DNA of 64,000 nucleotides from Felis catus (taxonomy: Eukaryota), in the NCBI RefSeq assembly GCF_018350175.1, contig NC_058368.1, positions 171,928,001-171,992,000 of the forward strand, given 5' to 3'. Below the pieces are notes generated by a model. It did not search any database. It was given only the letters and a program-made list of their open reading frames with translations, and was not told the DNA's origin. Position 1 is the first letter of the stretch; every line of letters starts with the position of its first letter. Positions 26,881 through 40,149 of this stretch are shown one piece after another. The position numbers and the translations under genes were made by a program.

Positions 26881-26911
26881 AATAAATAAACATTAAAAAA
26901 AAATTTTTTTT
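26676..26911 (+). mobile_element. Can-SINE
   Basis: TSD aaagtaaaactttaa; long (CT)n. Confidence 0.94.
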
Positions 26912-27095
26912 AAAGTAAAACTTTAAAAATAAGCCTTTCAGTAGAAAATATATATGAATATCTTTCTAATATTGGGGTAAAAAAGGATTTCTTAAGCAAG
27001 ATATAGAATACTATTTGTAAAAGAAAAAACTGATAAGTTTCATTGTATTAAAATTCAGAATTTATCGGGTACCTTAAAAATACGTAAATTTTGGG

Positions 27096-27474
27096 TTTGC
27101 AGTTACATGGATGAAATTAGAGGGTATTATGCTAAATGAAATTAGTCAGAGAAAGACAAATATCATATCACTTAACTCATGTGGAATTTAAGATACAAAA
27201 CAGATGAACATAGGGGAAAGGAAACAAAAATAATACAAAACAAGGAGGGGGACAAAACATAAGAGACTCTTAAATACAGAGAACAGCTGTGGGTTGCTTG
27301 AAGGGTTGTGGGTGGGGGATGGGCTAAATTGCTAAGGGGCATTAAGGAAGACACTTGTTGGGATGAGCACTGGGTATTCTACATAGGGGATGAATCACTG
27401 GAATCTACTCCTAAAATCATCATTGCACAATATGCTGACTAACTTGGATGTAAATTAAAAAATAAATAAGATAT
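27096..27474 (+). mobile_element. Short 5'-truncated carnivore L1 3' end
   Basis: acatggatgaaattagagggtattatgctaaatgaaattagtcag...gatgagcactgggt; TSD aaaaatac(g/a)taaattt at ~27076 / ~27475. Confidence 0.88.
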
Positions 27475-27605
27475 AAAAATACATAAATTTGGGGGGAAAT
27501 GGTAAATAGCTCAGTAAATATATAGGTACAGCTAGCAACTTATTTGGGAGAAGAGAAATTAAATTAGATCCCTAATTCAAACCTTGTATACGAAAAATTA
27601 CAAAT

Positions 27606-27857
27606 GGGAGTGCCTGGATGGCTCATTCGGTTAAGCATCTGACTTCGGCTGAGGTCATGATCTCACGGCTCGTGGGTTTAAGCCCCTTGTCGGACTCTGT
27701 GCTGACAGCTCGGGAGTTTGGAGCCTGCTTTGGATTCTGTCCTCTCTCTCTGTCCCTTCCCTGCTTATGCTCTGTCTCTCTCTCTCTCTTTCTGTCTCCC
27801 TCTCTCTGTCTCTGTCTCTCTCTCTCAAAAATAAATAAAATTTAAAAAAAAGAAAAA
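27606..27857 (+). mobile_element. Can-SINE
   Basis: TSD gaaaaattacaaatgg. Confidence 0.94.
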
Positions 27858-28584
27858 GAAAAATTACAAATGGATTGAATATCTTAGTGTGAAAAATAAA
27901 CCTAAAACTAATGGAAGAAAATACAGGACAACAAATGTAATTTTTCATAAAATTTTAAAATATTCTGCAGAAGATAAACTAAGGGAAAATATTTTTAACA
28001 CATAAAGGGGAAAAAAGTCACTATCCCTATAATGCAAGAATTCCTACAAACTAAGAAAAAAAAAGACATCTTTTTTTTTTTTTTTAATGGGTAGAGGATA
28101 TCATTTTATTGAAAAGAAAATGCAAGTGATTAGTAAAAACATACAAATGACTGGTAAGCAGTTTAGGGAAATTCAAAATAAAATCCATTCTTGCTCATGA
28201 CTGTGAGATTGTCAGTCTCCAACTATCTCTGTTAACAGTTTGGTTATTTATTTTGCTTTTTATTTGTTTACTACATATTTGGGCAGCTAATGGTGCCTAC
28301 CACCTACTGGTGGTGGTCCCTAGTCTCCTATACACATGTACACAAAGGCTGGGGAAATGTACATCAAGTTGTTAATGGAGCTAACTTCTAGGGACTGGGG
28401 ATTGGTAGGCTAAAAGTTCCTCACACTTCCATTTTACCATAATTTTTTGTAATTGTGTGGATAATATAGTTTGTATGTTTCCTGGTTGATGGCCATTTAG
28501 GTTGTAATTTTTCACTGTTTAAACAGCTCTGATAAACATACTTATTCATATCTTGTAAGAGTTGTGCAAGAGTTTCTCTTGGTT

Positions 28585-28795
28585 AACAGTCAGCAAACTT
28601 TTTCTTAAAGGGTCATAAAAAAAATATCTCATTCTTTGTGGGCCATATGATCTCTGTCACAGCTTCTCAACTCTGCTTTTGTAGCAACCATAGATGTTAG
28701 TATGTAAGCAAATAGGCATGACTGTGCTTCAGTAAAACTTAATTCACAAAAACAGATGGCTAACAGGCCCTAATTTGTTGACTTCAGCTCTGTAG
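28585..28795. mobile_element. MER58A-like hAT MITE
   Basis: gtcagcaaactttttcttaaagggtca...gtgggccatatgatctctgtcacagcttctcaactctgc. Confidence 0.75.
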
Positions 28796-29954
28796 TATAT
28801 ATACCTAAAAGCAGCATTGCCGGCCATAACATGTGAGTGTTTTGAACTAGTGTTTGCCAAATTGCACTCAAAATGATTTTATCGATTTACATTTCTACTA
28901 GTAGAGGTCTCTGTGAGTCACGCTTTATAATAGTCAGTGGGCAATGAAACATCAGCTTGTTATTTAATTTATATTTTCTTGAATACTACTGAAGTTGAAT
29001 ATCTTTTCATATATTTATTAGACTGTGGATTTTCTTTGTTACTTGTTCATCTTTTTCCCATTTTCCATTATGTTAAATGTCGTACTCTTAAATATTTGAG
29101 AGATGTATTAATATCCTCTTGATACCAATCTATTGCAGATAATATACACCACATCTCCTCCCTGCAAAATCCATTACCTGTTTTAGATTTGTGATAACAA
29201 AACTTAATTTTTGTTATAGAGCTAATTAATTATATATTGCCATATTTGTGCTTTCTGTGAATTATTTGTATATCTTTTCCTATCCTGGAGTCATAAAGTT
29301 ACTTTCATATTATTTCTAATAGTTCTAATGTTTTATTTTTGCAATTAGGTCTTTAATTCATCTCCAAAATATAATCATGTATGTTTTAGAGGTAGGGATC
29401 TAATTTTACATAAATACAAGTATATATGATTTTATATGTATGTGTGTGTAATTATTCAATATATAACTTACATATTAAATAATATGTTGGTTTTTATTAA
29501 TATTATATGGTCAGTTATATATAATATATATACAGATACATATACATACATGCATATTTATGTTTTTAACAAAATTACCTATTTATTTGATATTCCACTG
29601 TTCCCCATTGATTGCTAATGAATTCCATCTCTGGCATGTGGTAAGTTTGTATTTGCTGGATATTTCTACATTCTGTTCCACTGATCTATTTTAATTTCTC
29701 TGTGCCTGCACTCATACCACATTTGTTTTATTTGCTGTAGTTTTATAAATCTTGGTACCTGGTAGAGTGAGTTGTCCTATTTTTGTAAAAATGTGGTTAT
29801 ATTTTGTCTTACTACTCTTCCATCTGAAATTTCATATCAGCTTGTTGTCTAATTCAAAGAAAAAAATGCCTAGTGCATTTTTTGTTATAGTCACATTGAA
29901 TTTATGAATTAATTTGAGGAGAATTCATATCTTTACAATACAAAGATTGGTTCT

Positions 29955-30175
29955 TGGTTAAAAGGATGGACTCTGGAGCCAGACCTCCTGGGTTCTAATC
30001 CCAGACCTGCTACCTACCTGCACTGATTTTGGGTACATTCTCTGCCTCGGTTTTCTCATTGATAAAGTATAATGCAAAACTGAAATGTGAGAATTAAATG
30101 AGTTAATACATGTAAGAGCACTTAAAGTCTGGCACATGCTAAACACCAAGCAGTATGTATTAGGTCTTATTATTT
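29955..30175 (+). mobile_element. MIR
   Basis: ggactctggagccagac...gcctcggttttctcatt...gtgagaattaaatgagttaatacatgtaagagcactta. Confidence 0.85.
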
Positions 30176-30811
30176 TATATCTCCATTCATTTAGGTGTTA
30201 TTTTTGTTATAAAGTTTTGTAGTGTTCTCTATAAAAATTTTATACATTTTTAAAATTTATTCCTAGATACTATGTAGTTTTTGTTACTGTTATGAATGGA
30301 ATTTAATTATCCAGCAACCTTCTTGAACTCTTTCATTAAATTGTCTCAGTAGTTTAAGACTTTCTTACATTTTTCTTGCATTTTCCATATGAACTGTCAC
30401 ATTGTTTGCAAAATAATGATAATTTTGTGTGTCCTTTTCAGTTTTTTTTCTCTTTATATTGCATAAAAACTCTAGTACGTCTTTGAATAAGAAGCAGTGA
30501 TACTGTGTACTCAAAAGTTTTTGATAGTTACCTTTTCTCAAGTTAAGGAATTTACCTGCTATTACTCATTTGTTGAGAATTATCCTGAATCTGTTTTGAA
30601 CTCTATTACTGTTACAATTTTTTAAAATCAGTTTTTCGAAAGTCATACTAACTACCTACCCTTGAATTGTTAAGTACTTGTTAGTAAGCATAATTTCATA
30701 AATATTCGAGGGTATCATACAAAAAAAGAAAGAACTACTACTGGCTTCTTCTATTTTCATTTTCAGAAACAGAAGCACAGGGGTTGTATTACTAGAAATC
30801 CTCTACTTCAT

Positions 30812-31028
30812 GGGGCACCTGGGTGGCTCAGTTAAACATCTGACGCTTGATCTCAGCTCAGGTCATGACCTCACAGTTTGTGAGTTTGAACCCCCTGTTG
30901 GGCTCTGCGCTGATAACACAGAGCCTGCTTGGAATTATCTCGCTCTCCCTCTCTCATTCTGCCCGTCCTCTGTTCCTGCTCTCTCTTTCTCCCTCAAAAT
31001 AAATAAAAGAAAGAAAGAAAGAAAGGAA

Positions 31029-31062
<34 letters not shown>

Positions 31063-31070
31063 GAAAGAAA
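30812..31070 (+). mobile_element. Can-SINE whose tail expanded into (GAAA)n
   Basis: Head ggggcacctgggtggc; (GAAA)n ~31005-31073; TSD agaaatcct. Confidence 0.93.
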
Positions 31071-32479
31071 GAAATCCTTTATCTCGGTGGATATCAAGAT
31101 ATAGACTGACTTCAAGATTTACTGACATATTGACAATACAGAAATCAAGAGAGATATTAGTTACAGTCTCCTACTATCATCTTCTAAATATTAAAATTTT
31201 TAATTTAAGATTTTACTGGTGGATCCCCCACCCCTGGGCTTTGCATCTATGGAGCTCCTCAGGCAGCTTCACTCTGGGCACTGCCCCCCAACTCTGTGCT
31301 TTAGGAGATCTGCCCTCTCCAATACTGTCTTGGCAACAGCCCATGCAAGGCAGTGCCACGGACTTGGCAGTGTGCAGGCAGATCCTATGGTGGCAAGCAC
31401 CACTCTAAAGTGACTCCTACCCTGGAAAAAGGGGAAGATAACCACACATACCAGTCAAAGGAGGCCCCAGAAGTGGACCGGAGGCAGACAAGTGCTCTGA
31501 CTACAGGTCCTGCCCACCAACAGAACCTTCTCAGGACAACACAGGGAAAACACCCAGCAGTTTGGTGCTACTGTATCTCTAGCACACATCTGGTCTGACT
31601 CAACCCAAGCCCAAGGCATACAAGGACTAGTCCACTAATACCACAGGAACCAGATTCTGCCCACAACAAGACAAAGACAGACATTGCAGATGACTGCACT
31701 AGACGAAAAAAGCATCTCAGCTGCAGCAGCAGAGCACATGCATCACACATAGGAGACACCCCTGAAGCATCAGGTTCTGGTGAATTAGGGACACTGCACA
31801 GCAGGGCACTACTGGACCTCTTCTTCATAAGGCCATTACTTTCAAATGCAGAAGATGTAGCTGTCTTTCCTAACATACAGAAGCAGACATAGAGAGTAAG
31901 ACAAAATGAGACCGAGGACTATGTCCAAAATGAAACAAAAGGACAAAATCACAACAAGAGACCTAAGTAAAACGGAGATATGCAATATGCCTGAGAATTC
32001 AAAGAACCAATCATTAATACACTCACTAGACTTGAGAAAAGAGTGGGGGACATCAGTGAGACCCTTAATGAGATATGAAAGACCCAATCAGAGATGAACA
32101 CAATAAATGAAATTAAAAATACACTAGAGGGAATAAGTAGTAGAAGCACAAGAACAAATAAGCAACTTGGAGGACAGAGTAATGGGAAGTGACCAAGCTG
32201 AGCACATGAAAGAAAAAAAATATTATGCAAAATGAGAACAAGCTTAGGGAACTCAGCAACATCATCAAGAATAATAATATTCTCGTTATAGGGATCCCAT
32301 AAGGAGAAAAGGAGGCAAAAAAATTTATTTGAAGAAATAATAACTGAAAACTTACTGAATCTGGGGAAGGAAACAGAAATCCAAATCCAGGAGGCATAGA
32401 GATCCCCCAACAAAATCAGTCCAAGAAGGTCTACACCAAGACACATAGTAATTAAGATGGCAAAAGGTAGTGATAAAGA

Positions 32480-32658
32480 GGGGTGCCTGGGTGGCTCCAT
32501 GGTTAAGCATCCAACTCTGGATTTCAGCTCAGGTCATGATCTCACGGTATTGAGAGCAAGCCCCACACTGGGCTTTGCACTGAGTGTGGAGCCTGTTTGG
32601 GATTCTCTCTCTCTCCCTCTCTCTGCCCCCCACCTCAAATATATAAATGGTTTTAAAA
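32480..32658 (+). mobile_element. Can-SINE nested in L1 ORF1
   Basis: TSD agtgataaagag. Confidence 0.92.
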
Positions 32659-33853
32659 AGTGATAAAGAGAACATTTTTAAAGCAGCAAGAGAAAAGAAA
32701 GCAGTTACATATAAGGGAAACTCTATAGGCTGTTAGCTGATTTTTCAGCACAAACTTTGCTGGCCAGAAGGGAGAAGCATGATATATTCAAACTGCAGCC
32801 AAGAATACTCTATCCAGCAAGGCTATCATTCAGAATAGAAGTAAAGAGTTTCCCAAACAAAAAGGAAATCATGACCACTAAACCAGCCCTACAAGAAAAG
32901 TTAAAGGAGACTCTTCAAGTGGAAAGGAAAGACCATAAGCAAGAGTAAGGAATACAGTAGGAAGCACAGAAATAGTAAAGAAATAAGTATATCTATAAAA
33001 GTCAGTCAAGGGACTCACTAAATGAAAGCATGTAAAGTATGATACCACCTACCTAAAATGAAGAAAGGAAAGGAGTGGGTTCAAACTTAAGTGACCATCA
33101 TCCTAATATAGACTGCTGTATACAGAAGATGTTACATACAAGCTGAATGGTAACTACAAATCAAAAACAATAAATATGCAAGAAATAGAGGAATCCAACT
33201 ATATCACTAAAGAAAGCCAACTAATCTTGAGAAAAAAAAGCAAGAGAAGAAACAAATGGGGAAAAACTACAAAAACAGCCATAAAAGAAGTAACAAAATG
33301 GCAATAAACATATGCTATCAATAATTACTTTGAATGTAAATGAACTAACCACTCTAATCAAAAGACATAAGGTGATGGAATGAATAAATAAAACAAGACT
33401 CTATATGCTGCCTACAAGAGACTCATTTCAGACCTAAAGGCACATGCAGATTGAAAGTGAAGGGATGGAAAAGCATTTATCATGCATATGGGTGTGAAAA
33501 GAAAGCCAAGGTAGCAATATTTATATCTGACAAAATAGACTTTTAAACAAAGACTATAACAAGAGCCAAAGAAGGATACTATATGATCATTAAGGGGACA
33601 ATGCAAGGAGATCTAACAGTTGTAAATATTTATGCATCCAACATGGGAGCACCCAAATATTTAAAGCAGTTAGTAACATAAGGAAATAATAGAGAGTAAT
33701 ACAATAATGGTAGAGGACTTTAACACCCCACTTAACATCAATGCACAGATCATCCAAACAAAATCAAAATGAAACAGTGGCTTTGAATGACACGCTGGAC
33801 CAGGTGGATTTAACAGATACATGCAAAATATTGCATCTTAAAACAGCAAAATA

Positions 33854-34075
33854 GGGGCGCCTGGGTGGCGCAGTCAGTTAAGCGTCCGACTTCAGCCAGG
33901 TCACGATCTCGCGGTCCGTGAGTTCGAGCCCCGCGTCAGGTTCTGGGCTGATGGCTCAGAGCCTGGAGCCTGTTTCCGATTCTGTGTCTCCCTCTCTCTC
34001 TGCCCCTCCCCCGTTCATGCTCTGTCTCTCTCTGTCCCCAAAAAAATAAATAAACGTTGAAAAAAATTTTTTTTA
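33854..34075 (+). mobile_element. Young SINEC_Fc nested in L1 ORF2
   Basis: CpG-intact; TSD aaaacagcaaaata. Confidence 0.96.
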
Positions 34076-37000
34076 AAAACAGCAAAATATACATTCTTTT
34101 CAAGGGCACATGGAACATTTTCCAGAATAGATCACATATTAGGCCAAAAAAAAAGTCTCAACAAATTCAGAAAGATCAAAGGCAATCCATGCATCTTTTG
34201 TGACCACAACACTGTGAAATTAGAAATGAACCACAAGAAAAAAATCTGGAAACACAACAAATACCCAGAAGCTAAATAACATGCTACTAAGTAATGAATG
34301 AAGTCAACCAAGAAGTCAAAGAGGAAATCAGAAAATACATGGAGACAAATGAAAATGAAAACACGGTGGTCCCCAAAATTTTTGAATTCTATTCTAAAAG
34401 GAAACTTTATAGCAATACAGGCCTACCTCAGGAAGGACAACAGATCTCAAGTAAACAACCTAACATTACACCTAAAGGAGCTAAAAAGAAGAACAACAAC
34501 AACAAAAAAAAAAAAAATCCAAAGAAAGAAATAATAAAGATTAGAGCAGAAATAAATGAAGTAGAAGCTTAAAAAAAATAGTAGAATAGGTCAACGAAAG
34601 CAGAAGCTGGTTCTTTGAAAAGATCAACAAAATTGATAAGCCGTTAGCCAGACTCATCAAAAAGAGAGAGAGAGAGGTCTCAAAATCAGAAATGAAAGAG
34701 GAGAAATAACTGACCAAAAATACAAAGGATTATATGGGAATATTTTGAAAAATCATATGCCAACAAATTGGGCAACTTAGAAGAAATGGATAAATTCCTA
34801 GAAACCTGTAACTTTCCAAAATTGAATAGGAAAAAATGGAAAATTGGAAAAGACCAATTACCAGAAATAAAATCAAAAAGATTGCCAGCAAACAAAAGCC
34901 CAGACCAGGTGGCTTCACTGCAGAATTCTACCAAGCATTTAAAGAAGAGTTAATACCTGTTCTTCTCAAAATACTCCAAAAAATAGAAAAGGAAGGAAAA
35001 CTTCTAAATTCATTCTACAAGACATGCATTACCTTGCTCCAAAAAAACAAAGACACTAGAAAAAAAACTACAGGCCAATATCTCTGATGAACATAGATGC
35101 AGAATTCCTCACATAATATTAGCAAACCAGATCCAACAATACATTTAAAAAAAAAAATTCACCACCAAATGGGATTTATTTCCAGGATGCAAGGATTCCT
35201 CAATATTCACAAGTCAATCAACACAATACATTGTATCAATAAGAGAAAGGATTAAAGACATGTGATCATTTCAGTAGACACAGAAAAAGCATTTGACATA
35301 ATAAAACATCCATTCATGATAAAAACCCTCCACAAAGTAGATTTAGAGGGAACATACTTCAACATAACAAAGACCGTATATGAAAAACCCAGAGCTAACA
35401 TCATCCTCATTGGAGAAAAACTGAGAGATTTTCCCTTAAAGTCAAGAACAAGACATGGATGTCCACTCTCAGTTGTATTCAACATAATACTGGAAGTCCT
35501 AGCGACAGCATTCAGACAAGAAAAAGGAATAAAAGGCATCTGTATTGGTAAGAAAGAAGTAAAACTTTCACTATTTGCATATGACGTGATACTATATTGA
35601 AAACCCTAAAGGCTCCACCAAAAAAACTTACTAGAATTGATAAAGGAATGCAGTAATGTCCCAGGATACAAAATCACTGTATAGAAATCCATAGCATTTT
35701 TATACACTAATAATAAACCACAGAAAGAGAAATTAAGAAAACAATCCCATTTATAACTGCACCAAAAATAATAAAATATCTAGGAATAAACTTAACCATG
35801 GAGGTGAAAGACCTGTACTCTGAAAACTATAAAACACTGATGAAAGAAATGAAAGATGTCACAAAAATAGAAAGACATTCCATGCTCATGGGTTGGAAGA
35901 ACAAATGTTGTTAAAATATCCATACCAGAGCAATCTACAGATTTGACGCAATTCCTGTCCAAATATCAATAGCATTGTTTACAGAACTAGAACACATAAT
36001 CCTAAAATTTGTATGGAACCACAGAAGAACACAAATAGCCAAAACAGTCTTGAAAAAGAGCAAAGCTGGAGGCATCACAATTTGGACTTCCAAGTTATAT
36101 TACAAAGTAATAAAGTAATATAGTAATCAAAATAGTATGGTGCTGGCACAAAAATAACTACATAGATCAGTGAAACAGAATAGAAAATCCCGAAATGAAT
36201 CCACAGTTACATGGTGAATTAATCTTCAACAAAGCAGGAAAGAATATGCAACAGACAAAAGACAGTCTGTTCAACAAATAGTGTTGGGAAAACTGGACAA
36301 CAACATACAAAAGAATGAAACGGACCACTTTCTTACACCATCCACAAAAATAAAATCAAAATGGATGAAAGACCTAAACGTGAGACCTGAAACTATAAAA
36401 ATCCTAGAAAGGAATGCAGGCAGTAATTTCTCTGCCATCAACCGTAGCAACTTTTTCTAGGTAGGTCCCCTGAGGCAAGGAAACCAAAAGCAAAAGTAAA
36501 CTTAGGACCACATCAAAATAAAAAGCTTCTTCATAGTGAAGGAAACAATCAACAAATGAAGACAACTGACTAAATGGGAAAATATTATTTGCAAATGACA
36601 TATGATAAAGGGTTAGTATCCAAATATATAAAGAACTTATACAACTCAACACCCAAAACCAAACAATAAATCCAATGAAAAAATGAGCAGAAGGGGCACC
36701 TGAGTGGCTCCATCAGTTAAGCATCTGACTCTGGACTGTTGGTGAGGATGTGGAGAAAAAGGAGTACTCATGCCCTGCTGTTGGGAATGAAAACTGGTGC
36801 GGCCACTGTCAAAAGACAGTATGAAGGTTCCTCAAAAAGTTAAAAATAGAACTACCATATAATCCAATAATTGCACTACTGAGTATTTACCCAAAGAATA
36901 CAAAACCATTAATTCAAAAGGATCTCTGCACCCCTGTGTTTGTTGCAGCATTATTTATAATAGTCAAATTATGGAGACAGATCAAGTGTCCATTGACTGA

Positions 37001-38165
37001 TGAATGGATAAGGAAGAGTGGTGTATATATGCAGTGGAATATTATTTAGCCATAAAAAAGAATGAAATCTTGCCATTTGTAATGACATGGATGGAGCTAG
37101 AATATAATGCTAAGTCAGGGAAAGACAAATACCATATAATTTCACTCATATGTGGAATTTGAAAAACAAATTAATGAAGTGGGGGGCAGAAATAGAGAAG
37201 TAAACCAAGAAATAGCTTCTTAACTATAGAGAACAAACTGATGGTTACCAGAGGGGAGGTGGGCAGGGAGACAGGTGAAATAGATGACTGGGATTAAGGA
37301 CTGTACTTATCATGATGAGCACTGAACAGTATGTAGAATTGTTGAATCACTTTATACCTGAAATTAATGTAGCACTGTATGTTTACTGGGACTAAAATTA
37401 AAAACTTAATGAAAAATTTAAAAAAATATTTTATTGGTGGCAGGGAGCTTGTTACACAAAGAGGAAAACCAGTATTCTGAAGCTGATTGTGTATAGTTTC
37501 GTTGTTTCATGTAAAGCCAGAAATTGTTTATCATATGGTTGTAGAGGTAACCACTGATATCTGCGGTATCTTTAGAGAGCTACTGAAAATATAGGCATTT
37601 TTCCTTCCTTCACCATGTTTTCATGATATAAATTAGATAAGGAAGGGTTTGTTAGAGAAATTTATTTACCTTAAGTTCACTGTTTTCACAATTACAATAG
37701 AGTATCAGCATACTTATAGTGTTATGAGGGAAAGGAGGAGAGGGAGGGAAGGAAGGATTTGGTTTTGGGAGGGTTTTTTTTGTTTGGTGAGCACAATTTT
37801 GAGTTTTTCTGTGGTTATTTATCATAATATTAAATAATAGCGGCAATAAATGTTTTTACTGTGTAGTAAAATCATAAGGATACTGTATTTAAATAAAACT
37901 AAATATATCAGTGTAAGTTTTATAGTATAGATAGCTAAAGCTGTTTTAGTACTTTTATTATTTATCTGTTGGGATATGCATGCTCAGGAATCGTTTATTG
38001 ATAGGGCACACACACACACACAAAAAGTTTAGAAATGACTCCATCTAGCTTCTAACACGTTTTTCGCCCATTAAAATAATTATCCATAATTTTCATGCCT
38101 CAATATTAGGATGTCACTATAGAATTATTTCAGAAGATGATACAACATTGATAGTACTTGTTTCT

Positions 38166-38917
38166 TTCTTTTTTTTTTTTTTAATACACTTTCCTTATCA
38201 AGGGTGACAAACCAAAACAAAAGCCTGAACATGTAAAAACCCAGGGTGCTGGAAATACAAACTCAGTTCATTCAAACTCAAGCTCATCCAGACCCTGGTC
38301 GCAATCCCTAGTGAGGTACATGTGAGCACCAAATCAGGGACAGGGGGACAGGAGTGATGCCAAGAGAAAGGGTGGGAAGGGGTCTCCCATAGGCCCCTAG
38401 GGATCACCGTCACAGTGGTACCTCCACCTTCCCAGTGACAGTGAAGACATACTAGGCCCTAATCTTTTGACCCTCACCCCAGCCCTGGCCAGGGTTTCGA
38501 ATGCCAATCCCAAATGATTCTACCCTCCCTTGCTCCAGCCTCACTTCCACCCTCACTCTTCTCCACACTCTTCCCTGTGATTAGTAGCAGGTTAGGATAC
38601 TGTGTGAGCCACAGTGAGGCTGGGGTCCAGGAGAGGCAGAGTGGAGACAGGTGAAGAGAGGAGACGAAGAGCTGTCCAAGGATCCCTCTCTTCATGGGAT
38701 CCCAGACCGTGCAATCGGCAACTCTTTTGCGTCCACTCAGATCTGAGAAGGTGCACTGTGGGCATAAGCAGCTATCCTGGAGACTTGCTGTAAGTCGGAA
38801 AAAAGGGATGGGCTCGCTGGCCAGCCTTTGGTGGGGCTGGCTGGTTTGAGATGGCAACGGCAGCAGTTTCTTCAGTGGGTCAGGCTGCAGCTCAGCACAG
38901 CCAAGCGGGTGCTGGGC
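38166..38917 (-). pseudogene. LAMTOR1: 5'-truncated processed pseudogene of LAMTOR1 (Ragulator p18), antisense in APC intron
   Basis: Minus strand 38913-38692 reads STRLAVLSCSLTH/KKLLPLPSQTSQPHQRLASEPIPF/SDLQQVSRIAAYAHSAPSQI*VDAKELPIARSGIP*, matching the LAMTOR1 C-terminal half. About 510 nt of GC-rich 3'UTR follows, then poly(A) at 38166-38182. TSD agtactt(g/t)tttct at 38153-38165 and 38918-38930. Confidence 0.93.
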
Positions 38918-39728
38918 AGTACTTTTTTCTAAAACCTATGTGTTTGTTGTCATGAAGGTAATTAAAAATCATTTCACTTTGCAAGGTTTTCATATACAAG
39001 TGATTTGGTTTTTCTCGCTTCCACTTGTGTTCATAAAAATTAAAGCAAAATTTAGCTTTTTGTAAAAAGCACTTTTCCCACATTGTTTCAATTCCATGTC
39101 GTTTGATCTATAGTAAATTCTTTGTGTTCATTTACTGGTCTTAGGATAGTGGGAAAGCACAAAGCTTCTAACATTGTGATCCTAGTGTTGGGAATAAAAA
39201 TAATGTTTAGCTGCGGAAGGTATTTGGGAAAACTATATCTGAAAGGTACATCTGACTTATAATAGGAATAACTCTGGGAAAGGTTAGTCCTACTGTTTAA
39301 ACCCTAATGTTTATAAAAACAAATCAGATGTTCTTTCCCTTAACACATATACCATGCTTTCTTTAAATCTGTTACATTATACTAGCATCTGGATAAATAT
39401 AAAGATAAAACTCAGGTGTAATTTTGTCTTTGGACTATTTTTTGAGAATAACTTAAATATGAATTTTTATACCACATGTGCCATGTAATTTGATACATGA
39501 CTTTATGTGTACAATTTTCCTAAATAAATCTATCATGTAAAGTTAGATGTATTAAAAAATTGAACTGCCCCATATGTCATCAGTGTGTGACTATGTACAC
39601 ATTATCTAACTTCTTATGGAAGAATGATGTAGCATATCCCTGAGCTACTAAATGATAGCCATAGTATGACTATTTACACTTATGTTTTTAATAAAATTAG
39701 ATCTAATTTGGTCACTTTTTTATTTTAG

Positions 39729-39812
39729 CGAAGAGTAACCAGAATTCAACAAATAGAGAAGGACATACTTCGTATACGACAGCTTTTACAGTCCCAAGCC
39801 ACAGAAGCAGAG
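39729..39812 (+). CDS. APC: APC coding exon 6 (84 nt)
   Basis: ttttag|CGA...GAG|gttggt; RRVTRIQQIEKDILRIRQLLQSQATEAE. Confidence 0.98.
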
Positions 39813-40149
39813 GTTGGTAAATTGTTTCTTTTTCATTTACAGATATAAAAATAGGTAATTATTCTAAGAAAAGAAAATATGTATAATTAATGTGACATTG
39901 AAATATAGATGTTCTTCTAGAGAATGGAGACACTTCATAAGTTTTTTTCATGAAATTAAATGAATTATCAAAAACCTTGACTATGTTGATCTTTTAATAA
40001 CTCCTATGCAATTAAAATTTATCGAGCCATAAATACAGATACCTTACTTCAGTTATCAAATTACATATAAACAGATAACTGACTTAATTTGGCTATTATC
40101 AACTAGTAAATAAGCTATAACTTGTATGTAATTCATGATTAAAATTCAT

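Larger units (their letters stand above)
28450..30600 (-). mobile_element. Old antisense L1M fragments interrupted by MER58-like and MIR elements
   Basis: ttgatggccatttaggttgt; gttgaatatcttttcatatatttatt; attgaatttatgaattaatttgaggagaat motifs; boundaries approximate. Confidence 0.6.
31223..37424 (+). mobile_element. Near-full-length decayed carnivore LINE-1, sense to APC
   Basis: GC-richer 5'UTR, ORF1 remnants (~31900-32950), and ORF2 remnants from ~33298 (endonuclease start; [11 protein letters not shown] near 35575-35600). 3'UTR and A-rich tail follow. 16-bp TSD aagattttactggtgg 31207-31222 / aatattttattggtgg 37425-37440. Many stops and frameshifts. Confidence 0.95.

Noticed and set aside
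31949..32500. 183-aa hydrophobic minus-strand ORF
   Set aside because: Antisense reading of A-rich L1 ORF1 plus a SINE edge.
38474..38857. 127-aa minus-strand ORF as a novel protein
   Set aside because: Only the first ~18 residues are in the LAMTOR1 frame. It then frameshifts into UTR, starts at TTG and has no visible promoter.
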